DNA of 64,000 bases from Somniosus microcephalus. Its lineage: Eukaryota. The stretch spans positions 26,040,001 to 26,104,000 of the forward strand of contig CM126214.1 of assembly GCA_052327205.1 (NCBI GenBank), read 5' to 3'. This document shows, piece after piece, positions 50,477 through 62,140 of this stretch. Under the pieces are notes generated by a model. It ran no database searches and was not told where the DNA came from. It saw only the letters and a program-made list of their open reading frames with translations. Every line of letters starts with the position of its first letter. Positions within the stretch are counted from its first letter, which is position 1. The position numbers and the translations under genes are program-made.

Positions 50477-52323
50477 TAACCAACATCAGTACCCAATTTC
50501 CCAGTCTGTATTCTAATATATCTTAAGGTACTGTAAGCTGATGGAGTTGTCTTGTGAATCCCTGGTTATAGTTGATGATACGGTTTTGTTATGGTACAAG
50601 TGTAATTAGCCAATTATTTCTTTTGTTGGTGTCCTTAGTTTGTTTCTTAAAGGGCTAGAACATTGGGTTCTGCCATTCTGCAGACACTGATTTGCTCATT
50701 ACTAGACCAGAGGTTGCTACAAAAGCATACTAGCAGGACTAACACTGTCAGCTATTGCTGCAGGACAGTTTTATCTGGCCTCGAGCCACAGACTTTGCAT
50801 GATATGTGGAATATGATGAAATTAAATTGCTTCTGCTCTGTATTTGTGCGGTGGCAGGCATTGATGAGTTGTTTTACCTGCTGTTGCACAGTTTCAAAAA
50901 TACTAAAGTTCAAATTGCATTGCACCATTTTTGGCAGGGCCTTCTGAGATTTCTCCTAAATTTAAAAGCATCCAACCATAAACGTGACAGTACCCACCTA
51001 GTAAGTGTTGGAAACACATTCATTTTCCACGTACTTACAAACCCCTTTTGACTCAATTGATCAATAACACATCAAAACAAGCAGCTGTTAAGTAGATTTT
51101 AATTGCGATTATGCTTAATGAGATCTGTAATCAAAATGTATTGGCACAAGAAGAATCCTTTGTTTCTTAATTGGCCCCCCACAATAGTAATTTCTTCGTG
51201 AGGTTTGTATATTCTAGCAGGGCCGGCTGCTGCGCTAATGAATTTTCAAGTGATGACCAGTATCTCAAACATAAATATTGCCTTTTGATTTTGAAATATG
51301 ATTCAATTCCTGGTTGTAAGATGCTTTGGTTAGTTCATAGGAGATCTACAAATTTTATACAGTGGAGTTGGCCAGCCACGTATTGTGATGTCCCTTGTGT
51401 TCATGAGTTCACTAGCATTAATTAAAAGTTGGTTTAAAATCACCATCTACTGTATTAGGCTCATACGCCTATTTGATCTTTCATGACCTAGTTGGGTCTC
51501 TCTTTTCTGCAAGCTATTAGGAAATTGTGGTCCAACAGGTTTTCGTGGGTTCCTAATTGGGGATCTTAAACAATTTCTCCAAGTTAATGTATGGACCATT
51601 TGAACATTTTTCCTACCTGAAAAGTTGCACTGTTCATTTTGGCTTGTGGAATTAATGGTTACAAAGCCAGATTTGATTTGCCATTATGACCAGGTAGTCC
51701 TTGGGACTTGACCCAAGTTCCTACCGAAAGTTGCTTTCCGACTTCATTTGTGCAAAGAAATTATCCCATGTTTTGCCTACAGTCACACCAGTCAAAATGG
51801 AAGTGTTTTCATTATGTACAGAGACCACTGTTACTACATTTCATTTGAAGCAATTTCATAAGTTTCTACAGTTATGCCTCCCATGAAACAAAGACAAACC
51901 AGTGATCAGTTACCTAAGTGGATAGATTCTGTACTGATAAACAGGGAGAAAAGCCTAAGGGTCAGGCTGAATGTCATTGCCCAAGTCTGCTTCCTAGGCA
52001 CACGTTAGTTGGGTTCCAATTGGTCGTACTTGCTAGTGTGCTACTTGAAGTATTCGTCATTCTTTTACCTGTACTAAGTGTAACTGGTTAGATTTGATAG
52101 CTGCCTGCATTCATGTTTTTGGCGGATTGGTCCTGGCAGCTGGTGTTATGGTTGCTCTTGGGGAACTGCATTTTAAATATTTCACCATAGAACATACGAT
52201 AGATCGGGTAAATTCTTTGCAAATGTGTAAATTAATACCCATTTTAGTTGTACATTCATTTTCATTAAAAAAAAATGTATTGTTAAAAAGCAGAACATAG
52301 GGAAGTTTGGGAATTAGAGACAC

Positions 52324-53130
52324 TGGCCCCGATATTTATGGGGAGGCAGGGGAGGGTTTTGGGGAGGCTGAAAACTTCTGAAGTGGTCGACAAGGCTGGA
52401 GATGCAGAGGTTCTGCCGAACTTAACGACAGGACTTCATTTATCATTTTTTTCCCCGCTTCCTGCTCGGCAACTGGCTAAATTAACAGCCTGGCAGCTGC
52501 CAGGAACGAAAACCAATGGCAGGACACAGCAGCCAGGGGATCCTTGGAGATGGTGCCCGGCAATTGGTGGGGTGGGGGGGTCGGCAAACAGGGCAGTGGA
52601 GATAGAGGCCATCGGGGATGGGGTGGGCGGAGGTCGGCAAACGCAGTAGGGAGGAGGGAGGGAGGCTGCGACCGGCAGGATGGCAATCAGGAAGGGGGTT
52701 GGTGAAGAGAGAGGCTGCGATCGGCAGGGGGAAGGCAGAAGGCTTCCTTGAGAGGCCAGGGGAGCACTCCTCCTTGTGGCCCACAAGGAGTGCTAAAAAA
52801 GGCAATTGCCTTGTGGGACTATCAGCTTCCCCCCCCCCCCCAATTCACTGCCGGGTTTCCCAAACCCAGGGAAATTTGCACAGCTGCAATGAATTTTACA
52901 TCAGGAGCCCGATTTAAATGTGTTAATTATGTTAACACCTTTCCACAGTGGGACGCCCCGATATCCGCCACCAGAAAAAAGGCGTTGTTAGGTGCACGGT
53001 GTGTTGGGGACGCGTTCCCCATATTCAAATCTTTAACTCCCCCCCCCCCCCCCCCCCCCCCCCCCCAAAAATCCCCTCTGCTGTCAGTTGGAGGGGGGGT
53101 GGGGGAAAGAAGATGGGGGGGTTAATCTTG
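52324..53130. mobile_element. GC-rich non-autonomous DNA element of uncertain family
   Basis: Abrupt GC/CpG-rich island starting tggccccgatatttatgggg with poly-C/poly-G subterminal tracts; no credible ORF. Confidence 0.35.
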
Positions 53131-56100
53131 AAACTATAGAGTTGGTTGGACCATAGGATTTTCTCTGCAGTGCAGGCCAAGAAGCTAGGAATTGCAAAAC
53201 TGAGTTGCAGCACTATCAGTAGTGGGAGAGTGTAATTACAGTATGGCAAGTTTAGTTTACATGGGATATTTTCATTTATGCATGTGAACTTTGGAATTTA
53301 GAGTGGGGATAAAATTTACACCCAAGTGTGACAAAGTAAATAACGAAGTTAGGTTTTACTGTATAAGCAGAAAGTACGCAAGTGTAATATCATCCTGTTT
53401 GCAGTAGTAATACATCTAAACATTGGTGCTCAGCACAGAGACCTGATACTGTGTTGGGATTTGCACCAAATTTAACACCCGATATATTCTGATTACTGTT
53501 GCAAATGGTTGCGCTAAGAACGAACAATGCCTTGGCCCACACATCTGTAAATATTATATCTCCAATTCTCTAATTCCTTCTCTTACACTGCAAGTCATTC
53601 AGAAAACAGTATCATGGTCTAGCAGATTTATTTAGGAAATGCCTCCAGTGACTGCCAGATGATACTTAAATTGCTGTTGCAAGTTGGCTACAGTCAATAT
53701 TTATCTCTCATTGGCACAATGTATTGCAACACTTGTACCCTTTTGCCAATTTACTTTGATGAGTATGTTTGTACTATTGTCTATCCCAAGATGACGAGTT
53801 TTAACAACTGCGATACCATTTTGTCTGTCTTAAGGTTTTATGATTTTTGCTTGAGGTGGTATCTCAATACTACAGGCATGCAATGCTGCTTTTGGTGAAA
53901 CAGCAATGCCAGAAATTATTGATCGCATCCTTTCATATAGGTGACCACATACAAAATAATTTTACAAATGTTCCTAGCTGTAAACCTAGATAAACATTCA
54001 AATGGGGGGGGGGGGGGAAAGTATTGGGCACAAACAGTTTTTCATTTTGGATGCGATGAATGGTTGATTTGCCAGTTTGGCATACCATACTGAGTTAAGT
54101 GTTTTTTTTTAGTTCCTTGAATGTTTCTGAATACATAGGAATAAAAATAATTGTAATATTTTGCTTGTTAACTTCAGCTTGCTGGTATCCTAAGGGCATG
54201 CCTCTTGTGTGGGAGGAACAGGAGTGTTCCACTCTTTGCTTAAATGCTTAGAAGTTGCTGAATGATTGAAGTTGTTGAACAGCTGTGTGGGTAGTTCTAG
54301 AACCGCATTGATAGAGCTCTGGGAATCATTTGTCTGCACCATCTTGTGGGTTGGAAGGGATATATCATTATTTGGTGCAAGCTGATATTTTGGGGGGGGC
54401 GGTAAGGAGGAGAGAATCAGTAATTTTGTGAACTTTTCCCTCTGTTTCAGAGACTTCATTTTTACACGTTCTGGGATGTGTATGTCGTGACTTCCACAAA
54501 AGGCTAGAATGAGTCAGGAGCTAGAGAAGCTGTAGGGAGAAAATAGCGTGCTTTTATTTTGGAGGATGAAAATCAAATGGGCTAATAGGCCTCCATCCAG
54601 ATACATCTCGTGCTCTTGTGAAATGTAAAGTAACAGATCTTCACTCTGGGTTTCCTGGAATATTACTAGATTTTTTTTTTGACATTTTTACTGACCACCT
54701 GTGGCTTATACTGAGATTTCTCCATACCAAAAGCATGTTCTTTGTTGAAAAGTGTGTAAAAAAATAATGCTAAGGTCATGAGATCTTCCTTCAACCTCTT
54801 AATACTTCTTGTTTTTGGTGATGTGAGGCATGATTCATGAGGTGAGAGAGTTTTCTCTGTGCAAGGTGCACCTTGTGGCCCAGCTTGAGAACTGGTGAAA
54901 CACACCAAAAGGGAGGTAGTTAAGATGCAATGTTAAAACTGAACTGGAGCCCTCTACCAATTAAGCTAGGCAAGCTGTATACTCTTGTAGATTTCTGCAC
55001 AGTCAGTATAAAGAAAAGTTTCTTAGGCTTCCAGTCAATAGCTTGAAGTGTTTTAACTCTTGAGTTTCCCTGCACCATGCAGATTTATTCCTAGGTTTTG
55101 GTGCTGGCTGTTTGGAATTGTGCATAAGAAACCTGAATGATTTGTTTGTTTTCCATCCCTGCACTCATTCATCACGACTTCTTGATAGTTCACTTAAGGT
55201 CAGCAATTCAGTGTAGGAAATGGTGAATGCAATTCAGTGACCTACAGATCCGTGGACCAGATGGTTTCTAATTCTGTCATCCTCAAAGTTCATCTTTTTC
55301 TTTCCACTACTATGAGATAAGGCAGGGGTTGTCACTAACTTTTAGCCACAGCTACAAGCAAGAAGTTGCCCAAGGGTCACTTCAAAAACTCACTAAGGTG
55401 GTGGTGGAATTAATGGTCTGAGTTGGACCAGGACTAGCGACAGGAAATGATACAAGGACCAGAACCCACTAACCACAAGTCCAAAAACTGATGGGGTGGG
55501 ACCAAAGAATGTCAGAATATAATTTCATGTTTTTTGAGTCCCACATTTCATTGTGCTCCCATCAGTCCCAACTTCAAGAATCTTTCTCCATCCACATCCT
55601 CCATATTGCTTGAAAAGTAATCTGTAATTCCCATCTCAATAACCTTGGTCACACTTGCACTCTGCTCAGCAGATCAAATATGTAATTAAAAGACCCAAAC
55701 AATTCAAAGTGCACCCCAAACCTAAAGAAAAATACAGTTCCCCATGCCCTCTTGATAGATACTGCTATGAACTACCCATTCTGAGCATGGATGATCTACC
55801 AAATTGAATATTATATTGGCTTGTACTGCCACTGTAGAGGTCCAGCACCTGACTTGCCTTGTCCAACTTTTTTATGCCAATCTCATCTTACTGGGTTATT
55901 GGATGTACCTCCAGCTTCTTCTGCAGTTGAATGGAAGCAGCTAAATTTGTTGCTAGATCTTGCAACTGAAAAAAAGCAGTTTGATGTCATGAAATCTTTG
56001 CATTGATTTTCATGTTCTAGGTCAAGTACAAGTGATAGGTTCAGTCATCACATTCTATAATGTTGATGGACATGACACATGTCTACACTATTGACCCTCA

Positions 56101-57645
56101 AAAGCATGACTCCAGATGACATTAAATTCGTGTTTTTTCTTGACCATGCTGGGGAGGCCATCCTCCCAAGAGCAATACTCAAGAGAACAGCACAAGAAAT
56201 TTATACTAGTTCTGTCCTCCACTACCTCATTCCACTGATTCTGGCCTTTCAAGATCCACTGGGCATCAAATGTTGGTCCAGCATTGCAGTTCCACCTCTG
56301 GCATCAGTAGCCCCTCGCAGAGGTAGATTTGAGCACTGCAACCAACAGTGGTGTCAAAATTCTATCTTTTTTTGGCACTGATTGATGCTGAGAGTTGGGA
56401 GCAGTCATTGTTTTGTGAGTACTGAGTGTCAACAGCAGTCACTATTGGCATCAGTGCTGCCCAGTTGCAAATCAAACATTGAGTGATACAAACTTGACCT
56501 CTACCAAGTGAATCGCATCAATACCCTTTGCTACAGTTTATTTTTCATTGATGCCAGCCATTACTATTGGTGTTTTAGTTATTGGGATCTTTTGAGTTCT
56601 GGAGTTGAGTCTAGAGTATCTTCCATTCTTAGCCTACTCTCCTGCAAAATATTTTCCCAATTGCTATTGATGTTGCTGCCTGAAAGGGCCTTCATTCAAA
56701 TTGGGGGGAAAAGGAGGGTTAAAGCCATTTCTAGTGTTGCATCCTTTTTGAACTTCTGCATTATGGTCCCTTGAAATGGGATTTGGAAGGTTTGTCTGTT
56801 GAGCTCGACTATAAAGATCATTCTTGGACTGTCTCCTTCGGTGTGGAAGGACCCAGTTTTGGTAGTCGTGAACCAGAAACAGAGGAGATGGGGGGGAAAA
56901 TAACTTGTCTCTGCTGCTGTTCCAAGCCACCACTCTGCCTATCCCACCCTCTGCAAATTCGAAAGATGCAGGATAAAGGATTGGCATAATGCTGTGTGGG
57001 TTAATGGAATACCTTCGTTTCTGGGCATGGGGAAAATGTCTGTTGGGGTTCATTGCGTTATCTGTTCAATTCACCCAAGTTCCATGAAATATTCTGCCTA
57101 TACAGTGGACACCATTGTGATCTTAAAAGTGGATATACTCTCTGATCAGGATTTCATTTCCACTACTTTTTGATTCTCAAACTCAAAATTCCAACTTGTA
57201 TTTGCGAGAATTGGTTGAATGCGCTTAAAATAGTTCAAAATAGTCTCTGCTCAAGAGACCAGCTAGCTGCCGTTGATGCAGGACACATACTTCCACATAG
57301 CGTTTCATCTACAACCGTGTCTGAGGTTCCTTGTGTACGGGAAGAGCTACCACATTTGTTTCAACATCCAGGATGTTTGCCTGGCTGTGGTGTAACTTTT
57401 TAAAAAAATACTTAAACCGCTTTTATCTCATTGTGGTTCAGTCCTGAATCATTTTCCAACATCTTGTGCATTCCAGTGAGTTCAATCCTACCTAAAATGT
57501 TATATTGTAAACACTTAGTTATTTCACACTTTATTATGTCAAAATATTTCACGGCACTTCATAAAATCGCTTACTTTGAATTGCAATAATGTGCTCTAAA
57601 TGGTATTACAATAGTAAAATCGAACCGAATTCCATATACTATTTA

Positions 57646-58041
57646 CGATAGCAAAATACTGCAGATGCTGGAAATCTGAAATAACAACAGAAAATGCTGG
57701 AAAAACTCAGCAGGCCAGGCAACATCCGTGGAGAGAAAATAGTTGACGTGCCCACCCCCCTTTTTTTTCTCTCCCACATGGCAGCTGTGTCTCATTCTGC
57801 CAGAACATTTCACACCAAATCTAGAGCCGTCTTTTGTCTCCACTAGTCCTGTCACCATCTCGTCTCGTTTTGAATACCTCTTAATGTCTCTTCACTTCTT
57901 TTGTTCTCTCCCAGCCCTGCCTTTCGATCTATTTCATTTCCTTTCCAGTTTTGAAAAGGGGTTAGACCCGAAACGTCGACTCTATTTTCTCTCCGCGGTT
58001 GTTGCCTGGCCCACTGAGTTTTTCCAGCATTTTCTGTTGTT
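57646..58041. mobile_element. Penelope-derived fold-back insertion (family A) with TSD
   Basis: Perfect 17-bp TSD ATTCCATATACTATTTA at 57629-57645 and 58042-58058; inverted arms at about 57681-57748 and 57973-58043; degenerate hammerhead at 57947-57981. Confidence 0.85.
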
Positions 58042-58374
58042 ATTCCATATACTATTTAGTTGTCTTAGGTTATTCAGTTGACTGTGGAAGTCCATAGAAG
58101 AATTAATGGGTGAATTGGATGAAAAAAGGGTATAATGAAACCCGGAGATTATTTATATTTACAGCTTAATTCTACATTGGCTGCCTGCAAGTGATGGCTT
58201 TTCCTTTAGGTGGCTGTGTTGAAATTATTTCTGCTTTTTATGAACAGTGCTGAATTTGAACTCCACCTTTGTGTTCAGGACACCAGGTGTCGTCCAGATG
58301 CTCTTCCAATGGTCTTGGGGGTAAAAGCAACACCTAGGGTAGCATTTAAGCTGCACACAAATAAGTACAAATGA

Positions 58375-58751
58375 GGGCAGCATGGTGGCATAGTGGTTAG
58401 CACTGTTACCTCACAGCGCCAGGGACCCGGGTTCAAATCCGGCCTCGGGTGACTGTCTGTGTGGAGTTTGCACATTCTCCCCGTGTTTGCGTGGGTTTCC
58501 TCCGGGTGCTCCGGTTTCCTCCCACAGTCCAAAGATGTGCGGGTTAGGTTGATTGGCCATGATAAAAATTGGCCCCTAGTGTTAGGGGGGATTAAATACA
58601 CGGGGTTACGGGGATAGGGCTTGGGTGGGATGGCTGTCGGTGTAGGGACCGGGTGCTAGGGTTTGGATGATCAGCCATGATCTCGTTGAATGGCGGAGCA
58701 GGCTCGAAGGGCCGAATGGCCTACTCCTGCTCCTATCTTCTATGTTTCTAT
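58375..58751 (+). mobile_element. Full-length V-SINE (HE1-like)
   Basis: tRNA head with A-box tggcatagtgg and B-box ggttcaaatcc, V-domain, and CR1-derived tail gatcagccatgatctcgttgaatggcggagcaggctcgaagggccgaatggcctactcctgctcctatcttctatgtttctat. Confidence 0.92.
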
Positions 58752-58984
58752 CTAGCTCATCCTTCTGTAGAAACCTAGACTCCCTATCACATCATCTAAC
58801 TGCTCCTTGATTCAGGCTTTTGCTTCCACTGCCCTTGCAGACAGTTCCAGGTACTGATCAGTCTTTGCTTGAAGCATATTTGTCAGCATTTGTTTTTGAC
58901 CCGTTTGCACCTATGTCCCTTTTGTCCTACAAGCTCTAGTTTAGCTTCAAGTAGTGTGCTGGATTTATCTTCCCAGGTTGATTG

Positions 58985-59235
58985 AGTATCCATGCTGAGT
59001 TAGCTGACTCAGTGTTGACAATAACTGGGAGTGCTGCAGTTGATCTGTGCTGGTGAGGGAGTAAATTCTTCAGTCACAGTTCCTGTTTCTGAATGTCATC
59101 CAGTGACCCCTTTCTGGACAGTACACGTGGGCATCTGGAGAGAACAGGGGTCTGTCTCGCTGTGAATAGTTTACCAACATTCATTTTTTAGGCATACATA
59201 TCAAGAACGTTCACTTTGGCAAAGTATTCGAGGGA
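58985..59235 (+). mobile_element. Ancient SINE relic (AmnSINE2-like)
   Basis: tgctgagttagctgactcag...gttcctgtttctga...atccagtgacccct...ctgga resembles my recall of an ancient vertebrate tRNA-SINE body; family name unverified. Confidence 0.4.
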
Positions 59236-59632
59236 TGCAATTATTTGACTCATTTGGGAGGAGAGGAAATTTGGTGGGTGGGGGCAGAGGAAGGAGGAAA
59301 AGTATGGCAAGAATCTTTGTGTTTGGTCCAAATATTACCATCACATTTTGAAGTATTTATGGCATATTATGTTTACCTTTGTATTTGTATATAAAAAACG
59401 TAAGATTTATTTTCCTTCGATATACTAGACATTGACTGAAAAGGAGAGTTGCTATGCTTTGGGTAACCTGAATTGTTTGGCTTTTTAAAAAAAAAAAAAA
59501 AATCTATTTCCTTTTGTTGCTTTTACTGTGCTTGCTTGAAAAAAGCTACAAGTGTGGGCTTAGCTGCTGTATTGATGCTTTGCTTCCTGCTAGACCAAAA
59601 TCTTTGAGCTGTTTTTTTCTCTCCTATTTCAG

Positions 59633-60219
59633 GTATTTTTAACCATGCGGTGCCTTCAGTCTCTTCTCATCAGTTTGGAGCCAATTTCAGCAATGTTCCA
59701 GTATCTAGTAGCACGATGTTAAGCTTTAACCCACTACAGTCTGTTCCTACTACTTCCCATTCATTTATTTCTATCTCTTCCAGTACATTACCTTCCCCTG
59801 AGAGCAGAGTGGCCCCCTACCTTACCCGAGCACCAATGCAGTCTGTACTTAACACACCACCCCCCAATATTTCCTTACCACCTCCACCTCCACTGTTAAA
59901 TTCAAACAGTTCTGATCCTTCCCTTTTCCGGACTATGTCCTCTGTTAGCGATGGATACTTGCCGTCATCCATTTCTTGCTCCTCTTCAACTGCTTCGCTT
60001 CAATCTGCTAACACTGCATTAGCCATGAAGCTTGCATCGTTGCAGCCCAAAGCTTCGCACCCTTCCTTCACAGTGCATCACCCGCCCATGCCACGCTCAG
60101 CGCTTGCTCAGTCAGCACCTCCCATTCCTCCGTCCAGCACAAATACATCTGCAATGTGGGTCACACTTGGCATGCAGCCTCCTTATGCTACACATTTCTC
60201 TGGGGTTAAGCCTCGATAA
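59633..60219 (+). CDS. DOT1L: DOT1L alternative cassette exon encoding the long-isoform Pro/Ser-rich C-terminus (exon continues as UTR to the donor at 60248)
   Basis: tttcag|GT ATT TTT AAC CAT GCG GTG CCT...AAG CCT CGA TAA; IFNHAVPS...PSFTVHH...MWVTLGMQPPYATHFSGVKPR*, matching my recall of the long human DOT1L ending (VFNHAVPS...WVSLGMPPPYAAHLSGVKPR); donor AAG|gtaagg at 60248/60249. Confidence 0.9.
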
Positions 60220-60869
60220 GAACTTGCGTACTTTATCAGTCTTATAAGGTAAGGTTAGAAAAATGTGCAAGGTTAACACAAATTATCAGAATGTGTACAG
60301 CTATGTTTGTGATATCTTGAGATGCAAACTCTAGCAGTGTAAAAACTTGACAATTTTGTAAAATTAAGACATCTGGAATGTCATTTACAGTTTAGGAATG
60401 GTCTGTTTTTCTTGGTATAGTGTGTGCATGTGCTTAAAACAGAAATGCAGCTACAGATATCTCCATCAATAAAGAGAACTGCTTTTCAAGACTAAGTTGC
60501 AACAATAATGTACTGGCTTTATATTAATTGTCATGGCATTTTAAAATTCAGTATTGCAATCTGGCTAGTCATTTGGGTTTCATAATATAGGTTGAAGACC
60601 TATCTTTATTGTGATACTGATGCCTTAAGTGGAAGTTTGCTCATTAAATGAAAATTTCATTAACATTTTGCTGTTCAGCTAGTATTAAATTTAAGCCTGG
60701 GGTGTGTGAATCTCCAAACTTAATAGTTGATCATCTGTATCAAACTGTTGAATAGAGTTGCTGTCATTGATGCTTAAAGGTGAATGGGGAATTATTGGTT
60801 TTTAAATCTGAAATATGGTGCAGTTACTAATGGAAGATAGATAATGTACTTTTTCCCTTTTATCTCTAG

Positions 60870-60877
60870 GTAATTAG
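60870..60877 (+). CDS. DOT1L: DOT1L terminal exon, coding part of the short isoform (S-N-stop)
   Basis: Strong pyrimidine tract ttttcccttttatctctag|GT AAT TAG; joined to exon 27 it gives ...GTAG-S-N*, equivalent to the human ...GGTVG-G-N* ending. Confidence 0.88.
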
Positions 60878-62120
60878 GAATTCTACCTCAAAACAATGTG
60901 ACCTATGCAAGGACAATGTGGACCAACTTCATCCACTTCCATCAAACAAAAGGTGCTTGAGTGGCCTGCAAACATTGTTTTGCTTCTTTACTACTGGAAA
61001 ATAAAAGCAAATACATTCTACTGTGAATTGGTTTTAGTGTTGCTGCAAAACAATTGGCTCCTGTTGTATGGTGTTTTAGAAACTATTTATCTTTTTTCCA
61101 AGTGATTGGGACTAGTCATTGTTCCAGCAAGCCTATAGAGGCTTGAAGTGTGAAGTGCAGCGCACACCAGCATTCATTTGTTAGCCGGCTGTTGGTGCTA
61201 TTTTAACCATCACAAACTGTGCCTCTGTGGGTTCTGATCCCTGGTGCTTATTATTCTGAAAGGTTGAAAACTGAATTGTTAGCTGAGACGAGTTGCTCAG
61301 CAACAGGTGATATCCTTGTAATATTTTGCATCGCTTGTTAACAGTTTGGTACTTGATGCAAATGTTGCTCAGCCGCCTTCAGTTTATTTTATACAAGTAC
61401 GATCCGGCTCGTCTCTTCCTCCGATTGTCTCTGGTCTTTTTGTATGTTAAGTGGTAGTTCATGACAACACAAAAATACTGTCATCACTGTCCTTTTTTCA
61501 TTAATTTAATGGTGTTTTATAGCATTGTAAATTGCCGTTGAAAACAATGTAATCTAATACCATTAGATAAAGATTTATTATACATTTGAATTATTGCTGT
61601 GTGTAATTTTAATTGTAAGCAATAGCACATTAGTTTTCTGGTAAATTTAGTATACAATGAACTGTAAATTTTACCTACACATTTTGTTCAAGAAATATGT
61701 ATTATGTATAAACAACCCAAGAGAGCAAAATGTGAAAAGGAAGACTAAAATTTAAAATGCAGTGGGATTTCATAAGACTGTAGGTCATTTTAAAAATGTA
61801 TTTAAAAATTTCTTTTTCACAGTTTTATACATTCAAGGTGGAACATCTTTACTAATGCAGTTTTAAAAAGTACATCAAGCTTTTTAATATCCTTACAAAA
61901 GTTCAACTTTCTGGTTTAAAAAATTCAACATTGGATTGTGCTTGAAGCTACATGGTTTTTTCTTTTATCAAATTATTTAAAAAGCTGTTTTTAAAGGTCT
62001 GAAGCAAAGAAATTGCAGTAATTTTTTTCATGTAATTGTATTCACTAACCAAACAGCAGTAAGACCAATGCCAAGCATTTTTGTAAGTATAATAAAATGA
62101 TTAAAATATGTAACTGAGGG
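60878..62120 (+). other. DOT1L: DOT1L 3'UTR (3' end estimated)
   Basis: Follows the terminal stop; repeat-poor and AU-rich; ends near the candidate poly(A) signal. Other AATAAA hexamers (e.g. 62494, 62915) could extend it. Confidence 0.6.
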
Positions 62121-62140
62121 TGACTTAAATGTTTTTAGGC
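62082..62140 (+). terminator. Candidate polyadenylation signal
   Basis: TGTA (62082), AATAAA (62091-62096), ATTAAA (62100-62105) and a downstream GTTTTT (62131); a G-rich tract follows at about 62281-62330. Confidence 0.5.

Noticed and set aside
52338-53139. Cluster of overlapping Pro/Gly-rich ORFs and a poly-C run
   Set aside because: By-product of GC-rich repeat sequence, with no splice or homology support.
58375-58450. tRNA-like sequence with A and B boxes
   Set aside because: It is the tRNA-derived head of a V-SINE, not a tRNA gene.
60875-60901. Stop-codon read-through of TAG in the terminal exon
   Set aside because: The context TAG-G is not the leaky TGA-CTAG type, and an in-frame TGA follows after 7 codons.
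60905-61105. 66-aa ORF in the last exon
   Set aside because: It lies in the 3'UTR after the stop, has no recognisable domain, and its length is expected by chance.
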